Positions 19,009 through 27,955 of a DNA stretch of 64,000 bases are shown here, in pieces. Both the position numbers and the translations under genes were made by a program. The DNA is from Bacteroidales bacterium (GTDB taxonomy: Bacteria > Bacteroidota > Bacteroidia > Bacteroidales > UBA11471), in assembly GCA_045606385.1 (NCBI GenBank), contig JAZURX010000011.1, positions 37,680-101,679 of the forward strand, written 5' to 3'. How positions within the stretch are numbered: position 1 is the first letter of the stretch; every line of letters begins with the position of its first letter. Below the pieces are notes generated by a model that was not told the origin of the DNA, ran no database searches, and saw only the letters and a program-made list of their open reading frames with translations.

Positions 19009-21663
19009 ATGAAAAAGTTTTTGAAAATCATCGGCATTTTGACATGTGTCGTTTTGGTGTTGCTTATTACGCTCCCATTCTTGCTCAAAGGAAAAGTAAC
19101 AGAAATTGTAAAAACAGAAGCCAATAAAATGCTCAATGCCAAGCTTGACTTTGAGACATTAGACATAAGTCTCATTCGCAATTTCCCCAAAGCCACCATA
19201 TCTCTATACGGGCTCAGTGTAGTAGGAATCGATCATTTTGAAGGCGACACTTTGGTGGCTGCAAAGAAAATAGCCATAGCCGTCGATGTAATGAGCCTTT
19301 TCAGCGATAGCGGTTACGAAATCACCTACGCATTGCTCGACCGTCCGGTGATAAATGCATTGATACATGAAGGCGGTACTGTAAACTGGGATATCATAAA
19401 GACAACCGGTAGTGATAGCGAAGAAGAGGTTGCGACAGAAGAAGCCGAAGAGGAATCGGTATTTAAATTGCAATTAAAAAAATTCCGCATAAAAGATGCC
19501 TCTATTACCTATATCGATGATGCAGGCAAAATGGCTTTTTGCACAGAGGACATGGATTTGACCCTCTCGGGCGATATGAGTGGTATGCAGACCGCACTCA
19601 AGTGCGAGACCCAACTATCGAAGATATATTTTTCCATGGACAATGTGGACTATCTCAATAATGCAGAACTCGAAGCCGACATGAAACTACTCGCCGACCT
19701 CGACAACTATAAATTTACGCTCGATGAGAATCGCCTGCGTCTCAATGCCATAGAAATGGTACTCGATGGTTGGGTGGCTATGCCCGGCGAAGATATAGAT
19801 ATGGATATAAAACTCAATACGCCCAAAATCAATTTCAAAGATATACTTTCGATGATTCCGGCTATATATCAAAATAATTTCGCAGACTTACAAACATCGG
19901 GAAACGTATCGTTACAAGCTTCAGCCAAAGGTAAATTGGCGGGCGAATCACTCCCCTCGTTTACCGTAGCTCTCGACGTAAACAGTGCCAAGGTATTCTA
20001 TACCGGCATGCCTAAGTCGGTCGATGATATAAACATTGCCTTACGCATAACCAATACCGGCGGTAGCATCGACAATACAATCATCGATATTGCTCCCTTC
20101 AAATTCTCTTTTGTAGGTAATCCGTTTGCACTTACACTGCATGCCGCCACCCCCATGAGTGACTTACAATTTGGTGCTACCGCCAATGGTACCATCGATC
20201 TCGGTGCTATAAAAGAAATATATCCGCTTGGCGACTCCATAAGCCTTAACGGTATTGTCACCACAGCTTTATCATTCAAAGGGAAAATGTCCGATATAGA
20301 AAAAGAGTCATACCAAAATATCGAAGGTAACGGTTCGTTGGGCATTACCGATATGAAACTCGATATGACAGGACTCCCTCCTATTGTACTCTCTAAAGCA
20401 TCAGCCGAGATTACGCCAAAATATCTCTCGCTGGATAAATTTGATATTACCGTCGGAAATAGCGACCTGCATGCCAACGGGAAAATAAGCAACTATCTGC
20501 CTTATGTGTTGAACGACGAAACTCTCACAGGCACACTCACTCTCACATCATCAATGCTCAACCTTGACGAGCTAATGGGTGAGACCACCGAATCGGACAC
20601 TGCAAAAGAAGAAGAGAACAGTACCGAAGAAGAATCGGCACCACTTACAGTTTTTGTTGTACCTGAAAATCTGAATTTATCGTTGCAAACGAAAATAGAG
20701 AAGATATTATTCCAAAATATGACACTCTCTGACTTCAAGGGTAAAGTAACTGTCAACAATGGCACGGCACGACTCAATTCCATATCGGTAGAGGCCCTTG
20801 GTGGCAACATCTCTGCAAATGGCTTGTATAGTACTGCACAATCGACCACATCACCGGTCATCAATTTCTCGGCCGATATAAAGAAGGCATCTTTCGAAGA
20901 GACATTCAAGCAGCTCGATATGATACAACAACTTGTACCACTTTTTGCCAAAACCGGCGGGAGCTACTCGGTATCACTTGACATGGATTGCCGCCTCGAC
21001 AATGAGATGTCGCCCATGCTCGAAACCATCTCGGCAAAAGGTCGATTGAAATCGAACGATATACAGATACAAAACATAGAAGCATTTGATATACTTGCCT
21101 CACTACTCAAAAACGACAAATTACGCAATATCGAAACCAAAGATATAGATATAGCCTTCACCATTGAAAACGGACGTGTAAAAACTGCTCCTTTCACATT
21201 GAAAATCGGCAATATCGGCATTACCTTGTCCGGTTCAACAGGCTTGGATCAAACAATCGACTATATTGCTGCCATTGACTTGAGTAAAGAGAAAGTGGTA
21301 AGCGAATATGTAGGCATAATAAATGCCACTATCGGCGGAACATTTACCAGTCCCAAAATAGGAATAGACACCAAATCCATTGTAAAAGAAGCCGTAACCA
21401 ATAAAATAGTAGAGGCTATAGCCGGCGAAGGCACTACCGAGGAACAAATCGCGTCTATAAGGTCAAAAGCCGAGGATGCCGGTCGAAAGTTGGTGGAAAT
21501 TGCCGAAAAAGAGGGTAATAAATTGGTAGAAAAGGCAGAGAATCCTCTCGGGAAAATAGCCGCAAAAGCCGCCAAAGCCAAATTGGTAGATGAGGCTAAA
21601 AAGCAAGCGGCAAAACTCGCCGACGAGGCCGAGGCGCAAATACGGAAAATGAAAGGTCTATAA
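19009..21663 (+). CDS. AsmA-family bridge-like envelope protein
   Basis: N-terminal TM anchor, repeated beta-rich segments, helical C-terminus; ATG 19009 follows the -7 box TAACTTTG at 18935-18942. Confidence 0.8.
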   Translation: MKKFLKIIGILTCVVLVLLITLPFLLKGKVTEIVKTEANKMLNAKLDFETLDISLIRNFPKATISLYGLSVVGIDHFEGDTLVAAKKIAIAVDVMSLFSDSGYEITYALLDRPVINALIHEGGTVNWDIIKTTGSDSEEEVATEEAEEESVFKLQLKKFRIKDASITYIDDAGKMAFCTEDMDLTLSGDMSGMQTALKCETQLSKIYFSMDNVDYLNNAELEADMKLLADLDNYKFTLDENRLRLNAIEMVLDGWVAMPGEDIDMDIKLNTPKINFKDILSMIPAIYQNNFADLQTSGNVSLQASAKGKLAGESLPSFTVALDVNSAKVFYTGMPKSVDDINIALRITNTGGSIDNTIIDIAPFKFSFVGNPFALTLHAATPMSDLQFGATANGTIDLGAIKEIYPLGDSISLNGIVTTALSFKGKMSDIEKESYQNIEGNGSLGITDMKLDMTGLPPIVLSKASAEITPKYLSLDKFDITVGNSDLHANGKISNYLPYVLNDETLTGTLTLTSSMLNLDELMGETTESDTAKEEENSTEEESAPLTVFVVPENLNLSLQTKIEKILFQNMTLSDFKGKVTVNNGTARLNSISVEALGGNISANGLYSTAQSTTSPVINFSADIKKASFEETFKQLDMIQQLVPLFAKTGGSYSVSLDMDCRLDNEMSPMLETISAKGRLKSNDIQIQNIEAFDILASLLKNDKLRNIETKDIDIAFTIENGRVKTAPFTLKIGNIGITLSGSTGLDQTIDYIAAIDLSKEKVVSEYVGIINATIGGTFTSPKIGIDTKSIVKEAVTNKIVEAIAGEGTTEEQIASIRSKAEDAGRKLVEIAEKEGNKLVEKAENPLGKIAAKAAKAKLVDEAKKQAAKLADEAEAQIRKMKGL

Positions 21664-21677
21664 CAGATACAAAATAG

Positions 21678-21731
21678 ATGTCGAAACAGAGCAAATGTAT
21701 AAAAACATAAAAAAACGCTCTGTTTCGACAT
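21678..21731. repeat. 15-bp perfect inverted repeat with a 24-nt spacer between asmA-like and pstS
   Basis: ATGTCGAAACAGAGC (21678-21692) / GCTCTGTTTCGACAT (21717-21731). Confidence 0.85.
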
Positions 21732-21826
21732 TTATCACTATATTTGCAAAATAATATAAATAATGTAACTGCGTAATCTCCGAGCCGTTGTGAAATACCC
21801 TCGGAGTCGGTATATAATATACCTGT

Positions 21827-22813
21827 ATGAAAAAATTACTAATCTTATTGGGTATAGTCGCTGCTGTTGCAACCACCGCATGTAAACAAGCGGTTTCGCA
21901 GACGGAATATGACAATACCAATACAACAAATATAGGAGATACGCTTACCGGAGACATATCATTTTCGGGAGCGTTTGCTCTATACCCCATGGTTGTAAAG
22001 TGGGCCGATGAATTTCGCAGACTTCACCCCAATGTACGCATTGACATATCGGGCGGAGGGGCAGGAAAAGGCATGACCGATGCACTCGCCAAAATGGTCG
22101 ACTTAGGCATGGTATCTCGCGAAATATATGATGTAGAAAAAGAAAAAGGCGCAATGGAAATTGCCGTAGTAATCGACGCTGTGGTTCCTACCATCAACTC
22201 TGAGAATCCATTTTACGACGAAATATGCCAAAAGGGCATTACCAAACACACTGCAGCCGCCCTATGGAACAATGAATACAAAACCTACGGACAATTTCTC
22301 GGCACTAACAGTAAAATACCTATACGCATATATACACGAAGTGACGCATGCGGTGCAGCCGAAACATGGGGAGCATGGTTTGATCGTCGCCAAGAGGATC
22401 TCCAAGGCACAGCAGTATATAGCGACCCCGGAGTAGCTCGCGCCATACAAAAAGATAAAGTGGGAATCGGATATAACAACATAGCCTACGTATATGACCT
22501 TCGTAGTCGAAAACCACACATAGGACTTGCTGTATTGCCCCTCGATGTTAATGAAAACGGACAAATCGATCCCGAAGAACAATTCTACGAAACAAGTACC
22601 GACTTGATAACAGCTATCAGTGCCGGGAAATTTCCTTTTCCTCCGGCGCGTGACCTCTATTTGGTGTCAAACGGTCTTCCCGACAGATATGTGGTCAAAG
22701 AGTTTCTTCGATACATATTGACAGACGGTCAAAAATATGCTGTAGAAACGGGTTTTATACCCTTGTCGCCCGAAACAGTAGAAAAAGAACTTGCTAAATT
22801 GGAGGGTAAATAA
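21827..22813 (+). CDS. pstS: Phosphate ABC transporter substrate-binding lipoprotein
   Basis: Lipobox TTAC, ISFSGAFALYP, GGGAGKG, RSDACGAAE; first gene of pstSCAB; -7 box TATATTTG at 21739-21746. Confidence 0.88.
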   Translation: MKKLLILLGIVAAVATTACKQAVSQTEYDNTNTTNIGDTLTGDISFSGAFALYPMVVKWADEFRRLHPNVRIDISGGGAGKGMTDALAKMVDLGMVSREIYDVEKEKGAMEIAVVIDAVVPTINSENPFYDEICQKGITKHTAAALWNNEYKTYGQFLGTNSKIPIRIYTRSDACGAAETWGAWFDRRQEDLQGTAVYSDPGVARAIQKDKVGIGYNNIAYVYDLRSRKPHIGLAVLPLDVNENGQIDPEEQFYETSTDLITAISAGKFPFPPARDLYLVSNGLPDRYVVKEFLRYILTDGQKYAVETGFIPLSPETVEKELAKLEGK

Positions 22814-22815
22814 CA

Positions 22816-23724
22816 ATGAAAGTAACATTACTCCAACGCCGAATATTCAAAGACAAAGCCGCTCGTACGACGATGCTTGTTCTTACATGGCTATCTTTGT
22901 TTATGCTGGTGGCTATCGGTATAGGATTGTACTACAAAAGCCGATTATTACTCTCCGAAAATTCACTTTGGGAATTACTATCTGGCTCGGTGTGGAAACC
23001 ATTGAGCGGAGAGTTCGGATTTCTACCCTTCATCGTAGGCACACTATTTGTCACCGCCATGTCGATAGCCATTGCCCTTCCCATATCACTTTTATCGGCT
23101 ATATTTCTCACCGAATACGCAAGTTCATGGGTAAAGCGCGTAGTATTTCCCATTTTTGACATATTAGCCGGCATACCATCGGTGGTTTACGGTGTATGGG
23201 GAACCCTCATCATTGTACCATGGATTGCCGACCATTTCGGGCCTCGTTTTGTAGAATTTACAACCGGCTATACCGTACTGGCAAGTGGAGTGGTACTCGG
23301 AGTGATGATATTACCCATATTGGTAAGTCTGCTTATTGAGATCTTCACCATCGTACCGCAGGATTACCGCGAAGCGTCTGCATCGTTAGGCGCCACCAAA
23401 TGGCAAACCTGCTCGAAAGTAATCTTACGCAAGGCACTGCCCGGTATCATCGCTGCCGTGGTATTATCTATCTCCAAGGCTTTCGGTGAGACCATTGCCG
23501 TACTTATGGTGTGTGGCAACTACGCAGCAATACCACGGTCTCTTTTCGACCCATGCTACCCGCTACCAGCACTTATCGCCAACGCTTACGGAGAAATACT
23601 GTCGCTACCCATGTACGAATCGGCCTTGATGTTTGCCGCGTTCATATTGTTTTTCATTATTTTGGTTTTCAATATATTCTCTCGATGGATATTGCGAAAA
23701 ATAGAACGTAACTTCAAAATGTAA
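22816..23724 (+). CDS. pstC: Phosphate ABC transporter permease PstC
   Basis: LAGIPSVVYG, EASASLGATKWQ, AFGETIAV. Confidence 0.93.
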   Translation: MKVTLLQRRIFKDKAARTTMLVLTWLSLFMLVAIGIGLYYKSRLLLSENSLWELLSGSVWKPLSGEFGFLPFIVGTLFVTAMSIAIALPISLLSAIFLTEYASSWVKRVVFPIFDILAGIPSVVYGVWGTLIIVPWIADHFGPRFVEFTTGYTVLASGVVLGVMILPILVSLLIEIFTIVPQDYREASASLGATKWQTCSKVILRKALPGIIAAVVLSISKAFGETIAVLMVCGNYAAIPRSLFDPCYPLPALIANAYGEILSLPMYESALMFAAFILFFIILVFNIFSRWILRKIERNFKM

Positions 23725-23734
23725 CAAAGGAGAG

Positions 23735-24589
23735 ATGGCAATGAAGACAAAATTCATAACAGAAAAAATTTTCCTTGGGCTGATGATTATATCAGTTATT
23801 TTAGTTTTCGCGTTTCTTGGCAGTATCCTCATCACCATTGTACGCAACGGCTGGCCGGCCATGACATGGGATATGATAACCAAACTCCCCGGAGGCGGAT
23901 TCTATATAGGGAAAGAAGGTGGCGTACTCAATGCCATCGTAGGCTCACTCTATATCGTAGGAGCCTCTACATTACTCGGGTTGCTCATAAGCATTCCTAT
24001 TGTGTTTTTCATTAATATATATATCAAAAACGATTCAAAGTTGGCCAATCTCACACGCCTGTCATCCGATGTTCTCTATGGTATTCCATCAATAGTATAT
24101 GGCGCGTTCGGATTTGCCATCATGATATTTCTCGGGCTCCGTACCTCATTATTGGGAGGTATTATAGTAATCACACTGCTTATCATACCCATCTTTGTTC
24201 GCTCTATGGACGAAGTTGCACGGCAATTACCCAAGAATTTGCTCGATGCCACTTACTCGTTGGGAGCTACACGACTCGAAACCATAAAAGTAGCTATACG
24301 TCAAATAGCTCCCGGTATAGCCACCGCGACACTTTTGTCGATAGGACGCGCCATAGGAGATGCTGCGGGAGTGATGTTCACTGCCGGATTTACCGATAGT
24401 ATACCTACCTCGCTCAACCAGCCGGCAGCAACCTTGCCATTGGCAATATTTTTCCAACTAAGCAGCCCCGTCCCCGAGGTACGAGAACGCGCTTATGCCG
24501 CCGCAATGTTACTCACCCTTATCGTATTGATTCTAAGCATCATTGGTCGTATGATTACCCACCGATTCTCAAAAAATAAAATAAAATAA
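23735..24589 (+). CDS. pstA: Phosphate ABC transporter permease PstA
   Basis: GGVLNAIVGS, GIPSIVYG, SLGAT, GRAIGDAA. Confidence 0.92.
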   Translation: MAMKTKFITEKIFLGLMIISVILVFAFLGSILITIVRNGWPAMTWDMITKLPGGGFYIGKEGGVLNAIVGSLYIVGASTLLGLLISIPIVFFINIYIKNDSKLANLTRLSSDVLYGIPSIVYGAFGFAIMIFLGLRTSLLGGIIVITLLIIPIFVRSMDEVARQLPKNLLDATYSLGATRLETIKVAIRQIAPGIATATLLSIGRAIGDAAGVMFTAGFTDSIPTSLNQPAATLPLAIFFQLSSPVPEVRERAYAAAMLLTLIVLILSIIGRMITHRFSKNKIK

Positions 24590-25449
24590 TGGATAAAAAA
24601 TCACGCACCGCCCGTTTACTCGACAAACTCACATTCCGAAAGGGCAGAGAGGAAGAAAGCGCATTTTCGCTTGAAAACGAGAATATGCGAAGCGGAAACG
24701 CCGTTATCGACATCAAAGATTTGAATATTTATATCCGCAACAACCATATTCTGAAAAACGTAAATCTCACTCTACACGACAAAAAGATAACATGTATCAT
24801 CGGACCATCGGGTTGTGGCAAAACGACTTTGTTGCGCAGCATCAACCGCATGATAGATACTACAGAATATCTTAGAGTCGAAGGAGGTGTAATGGTTGAT
24901 GGTGAGGATATATATGACAACAAAGCCGAAATAACCCATATACGCAAAAAAATAGGTTTGCTCTCTCAACGTCCCACTCCGCTTCCCATGTCGATATACG
25001 ACAACGTAACATACGGTTGCCGCATACATGGCACACGCAATCGCAAAGTGCTCGACGCCATTGTAGAAAAGTATCTGCGTGCTGTAAATTTGTGGGAAGA
25101 AGTGAAGGATCGTCTGCACAGCCCTGCCTCAGTTCTCTCCATCGGTCAGCAACAGCGTCTGTGTCTTGCTCGCGGACTGGCGGTAGAGCCGCAATTTATT
25201 CTGGCCGACGAATCGACTTCGGCCCTCGACCCCATATCAAGCAAACATATAGAAGACCTCTTTGCCAAATTGCGCGAGCAATACGGCATCATCATGGTTA
25301 CACACACACTGCGCCAAGCATTGCGTATAGCCGATTATGTGGTATTTATGTATATGGGCGAGGTTATAGAACAAGGTACTGCCGAAGAACTCTTCAAAAA
25401 TCCGAAACACGAACTTACCAAACAATATCTGAGCGGAGTTTTCAGCTAA
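24589..25449 (+). CDS. pstB: Phosphate ABC transporter ATPase PstB
   Basis: GPSGCGKT, LSIGQQQRLCLAR, DESTSALDP, IMVTH. Confidence 0.93.
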   Translation: MDKKSRTARLLDKLTFRKGREEESAFSLENENMRSGNAVIDIKDLNIYIRNNHILKNVNLTLHDKKITCIIGPSGCGKTTLLRSINRMIDTTEYLRVEGGVMVDGEDIYDNKAEITHIRKKIGLLSQRPTPLPMSIYDNVTYGCRIHGTRNRKVLDAIVEKYLRAVNLWEEVKDRLHSPASVLSIGQQQRLCLARGLAVEPQFILADESTSALDPISSKHIEDLFAKLREQYGIIMVTHTLRQALRIADYVVFMYMGEVIEQGTAEELFKNPKHELTKQYLSGVFS

Positions 25450-25476
25450 GTCTTAAATTATAATTTTATCGAAATA

Positions 25477-25526
25477 AATAAGAGGCACGTATCAAGGTAT
25501 AAACCCCTATACGCCTCTTATTTTTT
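25477..25526. terminator. Probable bidirectional terminator between pstB and the convergent tamL
   Basis: AATAAGAGGC (25477-25486) / GCCTCTTATT (25513-25522) flanked by A- and T-tracts. Confidence 0.6.
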
Positions 25527-25645
25527 CATGCCAATAATCGTCGTATTAGCGCAATGTCATGTCTTCAATAAGAGATACATATCGAAGACATCGTGTAGGT
25601 GGGTCTTTATTTTAGATAGATATATTCCGCAAAAGCTCGCATATA

Positions 25646-27949
25646 TCAAAACGGATAACCAATTGCGAGATGGAAAGCAAGACTTCGTCCGAAACTTTCC
25701 ATATTGTAATAATGAGGTTTATCGTTGTTATAGGGTGCATGTAACCCTATACCCAAGTCGGCACGAATGATGAGGAAGGTAATATCATACCTCAGACCGA
25801 CACCTGTTCCGAGCGCAATATCTTTGAAAAAGGTGGTACGATTGAGCGTTCCACCGGGGCGCCCCTCCTCGGCTTTGAGCAACCATATATTGCCGGCATC
25901 GAGGAAAACAGCTCCCTGTAACCCGCCCAATATGGGAATACGCAACTCTATATTAGCTTCGAGTTTGAAATTTCCCGTTTGGTCGAGATAGGCATCGGTA
26001 TCATCAGATTTAGGAGCATAACTACCGGGGCCTACCGAGCGAATGGTAAAAGCTCGAATACTGTTAGCGCCACCTATGTAGAATTGCTCACTATAAGGCA
26101 ATACCAAAGAATTGCCATAGGCCCAGCCGGCACCCACAGACAGACGTGTGGCCAACCAAGCGTCACCCCACAATTGCCGATAATAACGGAAATCTGTTGT
26201 AACTTTAGAAAATTGTGAAAACGGTATATTAAGGAATTTTTTATGCCCTTTACTGCCCGATATAAGCGAACCCAAGATATTACCTGCCGTCGAGAGCGAT
26301 GTTTGCCAATAAATATGATTTGACTCATGGCGACCGAAATAGTTATCATACCTATATGTATATCCTATAACCGGTATCAATTGATTTTCGAAACTCAATG
26401 CTATGGCAGGATTCTCAGCCAAGGTACTATCGAAAGAGGGTGTAGAATTGAACAGATAATTATACCCTATACGAGGCAATTGTATGGTATGAAAACTCGA
26501 TTTTGAGGTCTGAAAGTCAAACGCTGCCGACAAATTGAGCGATAACATACGGAAATATTCGGGACGATTGAGCAACTCCGCTCCCAATTGAAATGTAGAT
26601 TTACCGCCATATCTGCGTTCGACATGAGTATTCCAAAACCAACGCATAGGCAATAATCGCGGAAAAACAAGAGAGGTTTTTATACCAAACTCATAGGAGT
26701 TGAGAAGCGAACTTTTTTTATTATTGTTTTTGCGACCGGTCTGCCACTCATACGAGCCCGATAATTCGAGAGAAAGACGTTCGCCGCCGCCAAAAATATT
26801 TTTATGCGCCACACCGAAAATTGCACCGGGGCCGATAAAGCTATTGGTCGAAGAGGTCACATTTGCTTCGAACCATGCCTCCATAGGAGTATCCATCGCC
26901 GCATCGATGGTAATATCGAGTTTATCATCAAACCCTGCTGTATCGGGCGAAGCAACATCTAAATTGACATATCTGAAAATACCCATACGTACAAGACTGT
27001 TGAGAGACTCGGTCTGGTGGTCGAGTGTGAATAGGTCGCCTGTATGCAAAGAGATATTACGTTCGAGTATCTTACGACGCACCTTCAGAGGGCGCTGATA
27101 AACAAGTTTAATACCAGATAGGTACGTTGTATCAAAACTTCCCTTACCCGATTCACTTGCGATATTTACGGTTATATCGCCCACCTTGTAGGTACGCAAT
27201 GCTTCAATGGGAGTATTGGGACGAATTTGCACCCGTACAGCAGCGTTATAGGGAGATATAGTGGTGTCGACCTGATAGGATACATAATCGGGTCTGAAAA
27301 AATAGTATCCGTTATTGCGCAATAAAGTCGCAATACGTGAGCGCTCCGACGATAGAGTCTCGGCATTATATATATCGCCGACATGCAACAATGATGCCTC
27401 TTGCGCCGAATCTACAAGCGTTGTAAGACAATCGACAGGTCTTGGATATTCTATAGATGAATATATATAAGGTTTTCCATATACGACATTGTAATTGATA
27501 CGAGCCTTCTTGTCATTTTTCTTATTGTACAGCAATTCATACGACGCAGAAGAACCGAAATAGCCATAATTGGCCAATATATCGGGAACCACAGCCACTC
27601 GCAACGAGGGTTGTACGGAAGAAATCAATACCGGTGTTTTGGAAAATTTATCATAAAACCAATGCTTGAAACCCTTTTCTTTGGTAGGCACTACATGATT
27701 GTACACCCATAATCCGAATGGGAACGGCCAACGCCAATAGGGACTGTAAAGTGCATTGTTGGGTTTTACCGATAGAGCTTCGCGCACAGCGCTTTCGGCT
27801 TCACTATCCAATTTTACGCCTTCTACTTGCGGCTCTATCGACATCTTTTTTACGCCCGTATACAATACCTCACCGTTTCCGATACGACTCGTTGTATCGC
27901 AACCAAGCAACAAAAGCAATAGAGGTAATATGTATAAAATATTTTTCAC
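25646..27949 (-). CDS. Omp85-family lipoprotein TamL (TamA/BamA-like), GTG start
   Basis: Lipobox LLGC, POTRA-like N-terminus, YIGGANSIRAF, FLDAGNIW, C-terminal AIGYPF. Confidence 0.85.
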   Translation of the reverse strand: MKNILYILPLLLLLLGCDTTSRIGNGEVLYTGVKKMSIEPQVEGVKLDSEAESAVREALSVKPNNALYSPYWRWPFPFGLWVYNHVVPTKEKGFKHWFYDKFSKTPVLISSVQPSLRVAVVPDILANYGYFGSSASYELLYNKKNDKKARINYNVVYGKPYIYSSIEYPRPVDCLTTLVDSAQEASLLHVGDIYNAETLSSERSRIATLLRNNGYYFFRPDYVSYQVDTTISPYNAAVRVQIRPNTPIEALRTYKVGDITVNIASESGKGSFDTTYLSGIKLVYQRPLKVRRKILERNISLHTGDLFTLDHQTESLNSLVRMGIFRYVNLDVASPDTAGFDDKLDITIDAAMDTPMEAWFEANVTSSTNSFIGPGAIFGVAHKNIFGGGERLSLELSGSYEWQTGRKNNNKKSSLLNSYEFGIKTSLVFPRLLPMRWFWNTHVERRYGGKSTFQLGAELLNRPEYFRMLSLNLSAAFDFQTSKSSFHTIQLPRIGYNYLFNSTPSFDSTLAENPAIALSFENQLIPVIGYTYRYDNYFGRHESNHIYWQTSLSTAGNILGSLISGSKGHKKFLNIPFSQFSKVTTDFRYYRQLWGDAWLATRLSVGAGWAYGNSLVLPYSEQFYIGGANSIRAFTIRSVGPGSYAPKSDDTDAYLDQTGNFKLEANIELRIPILGGLQGAVFLDAGNIWLLKAEEGRPGGTLNRTTFFKDIALGTGVGLRYDITFLIIRADLGIGLHAPYNNDKPHYYNMESFGRSLAFHLAIGYPF

Positions 27950-27955
27950 AGAGTA

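Noticed and set aside
21751..21777. Pho-box direct repeats upstream of pstS
   Set aside because: The TATAA, TGTAA and CGTAA units are spaced 9 and 8 nt apart, not the 11-nt period expected.
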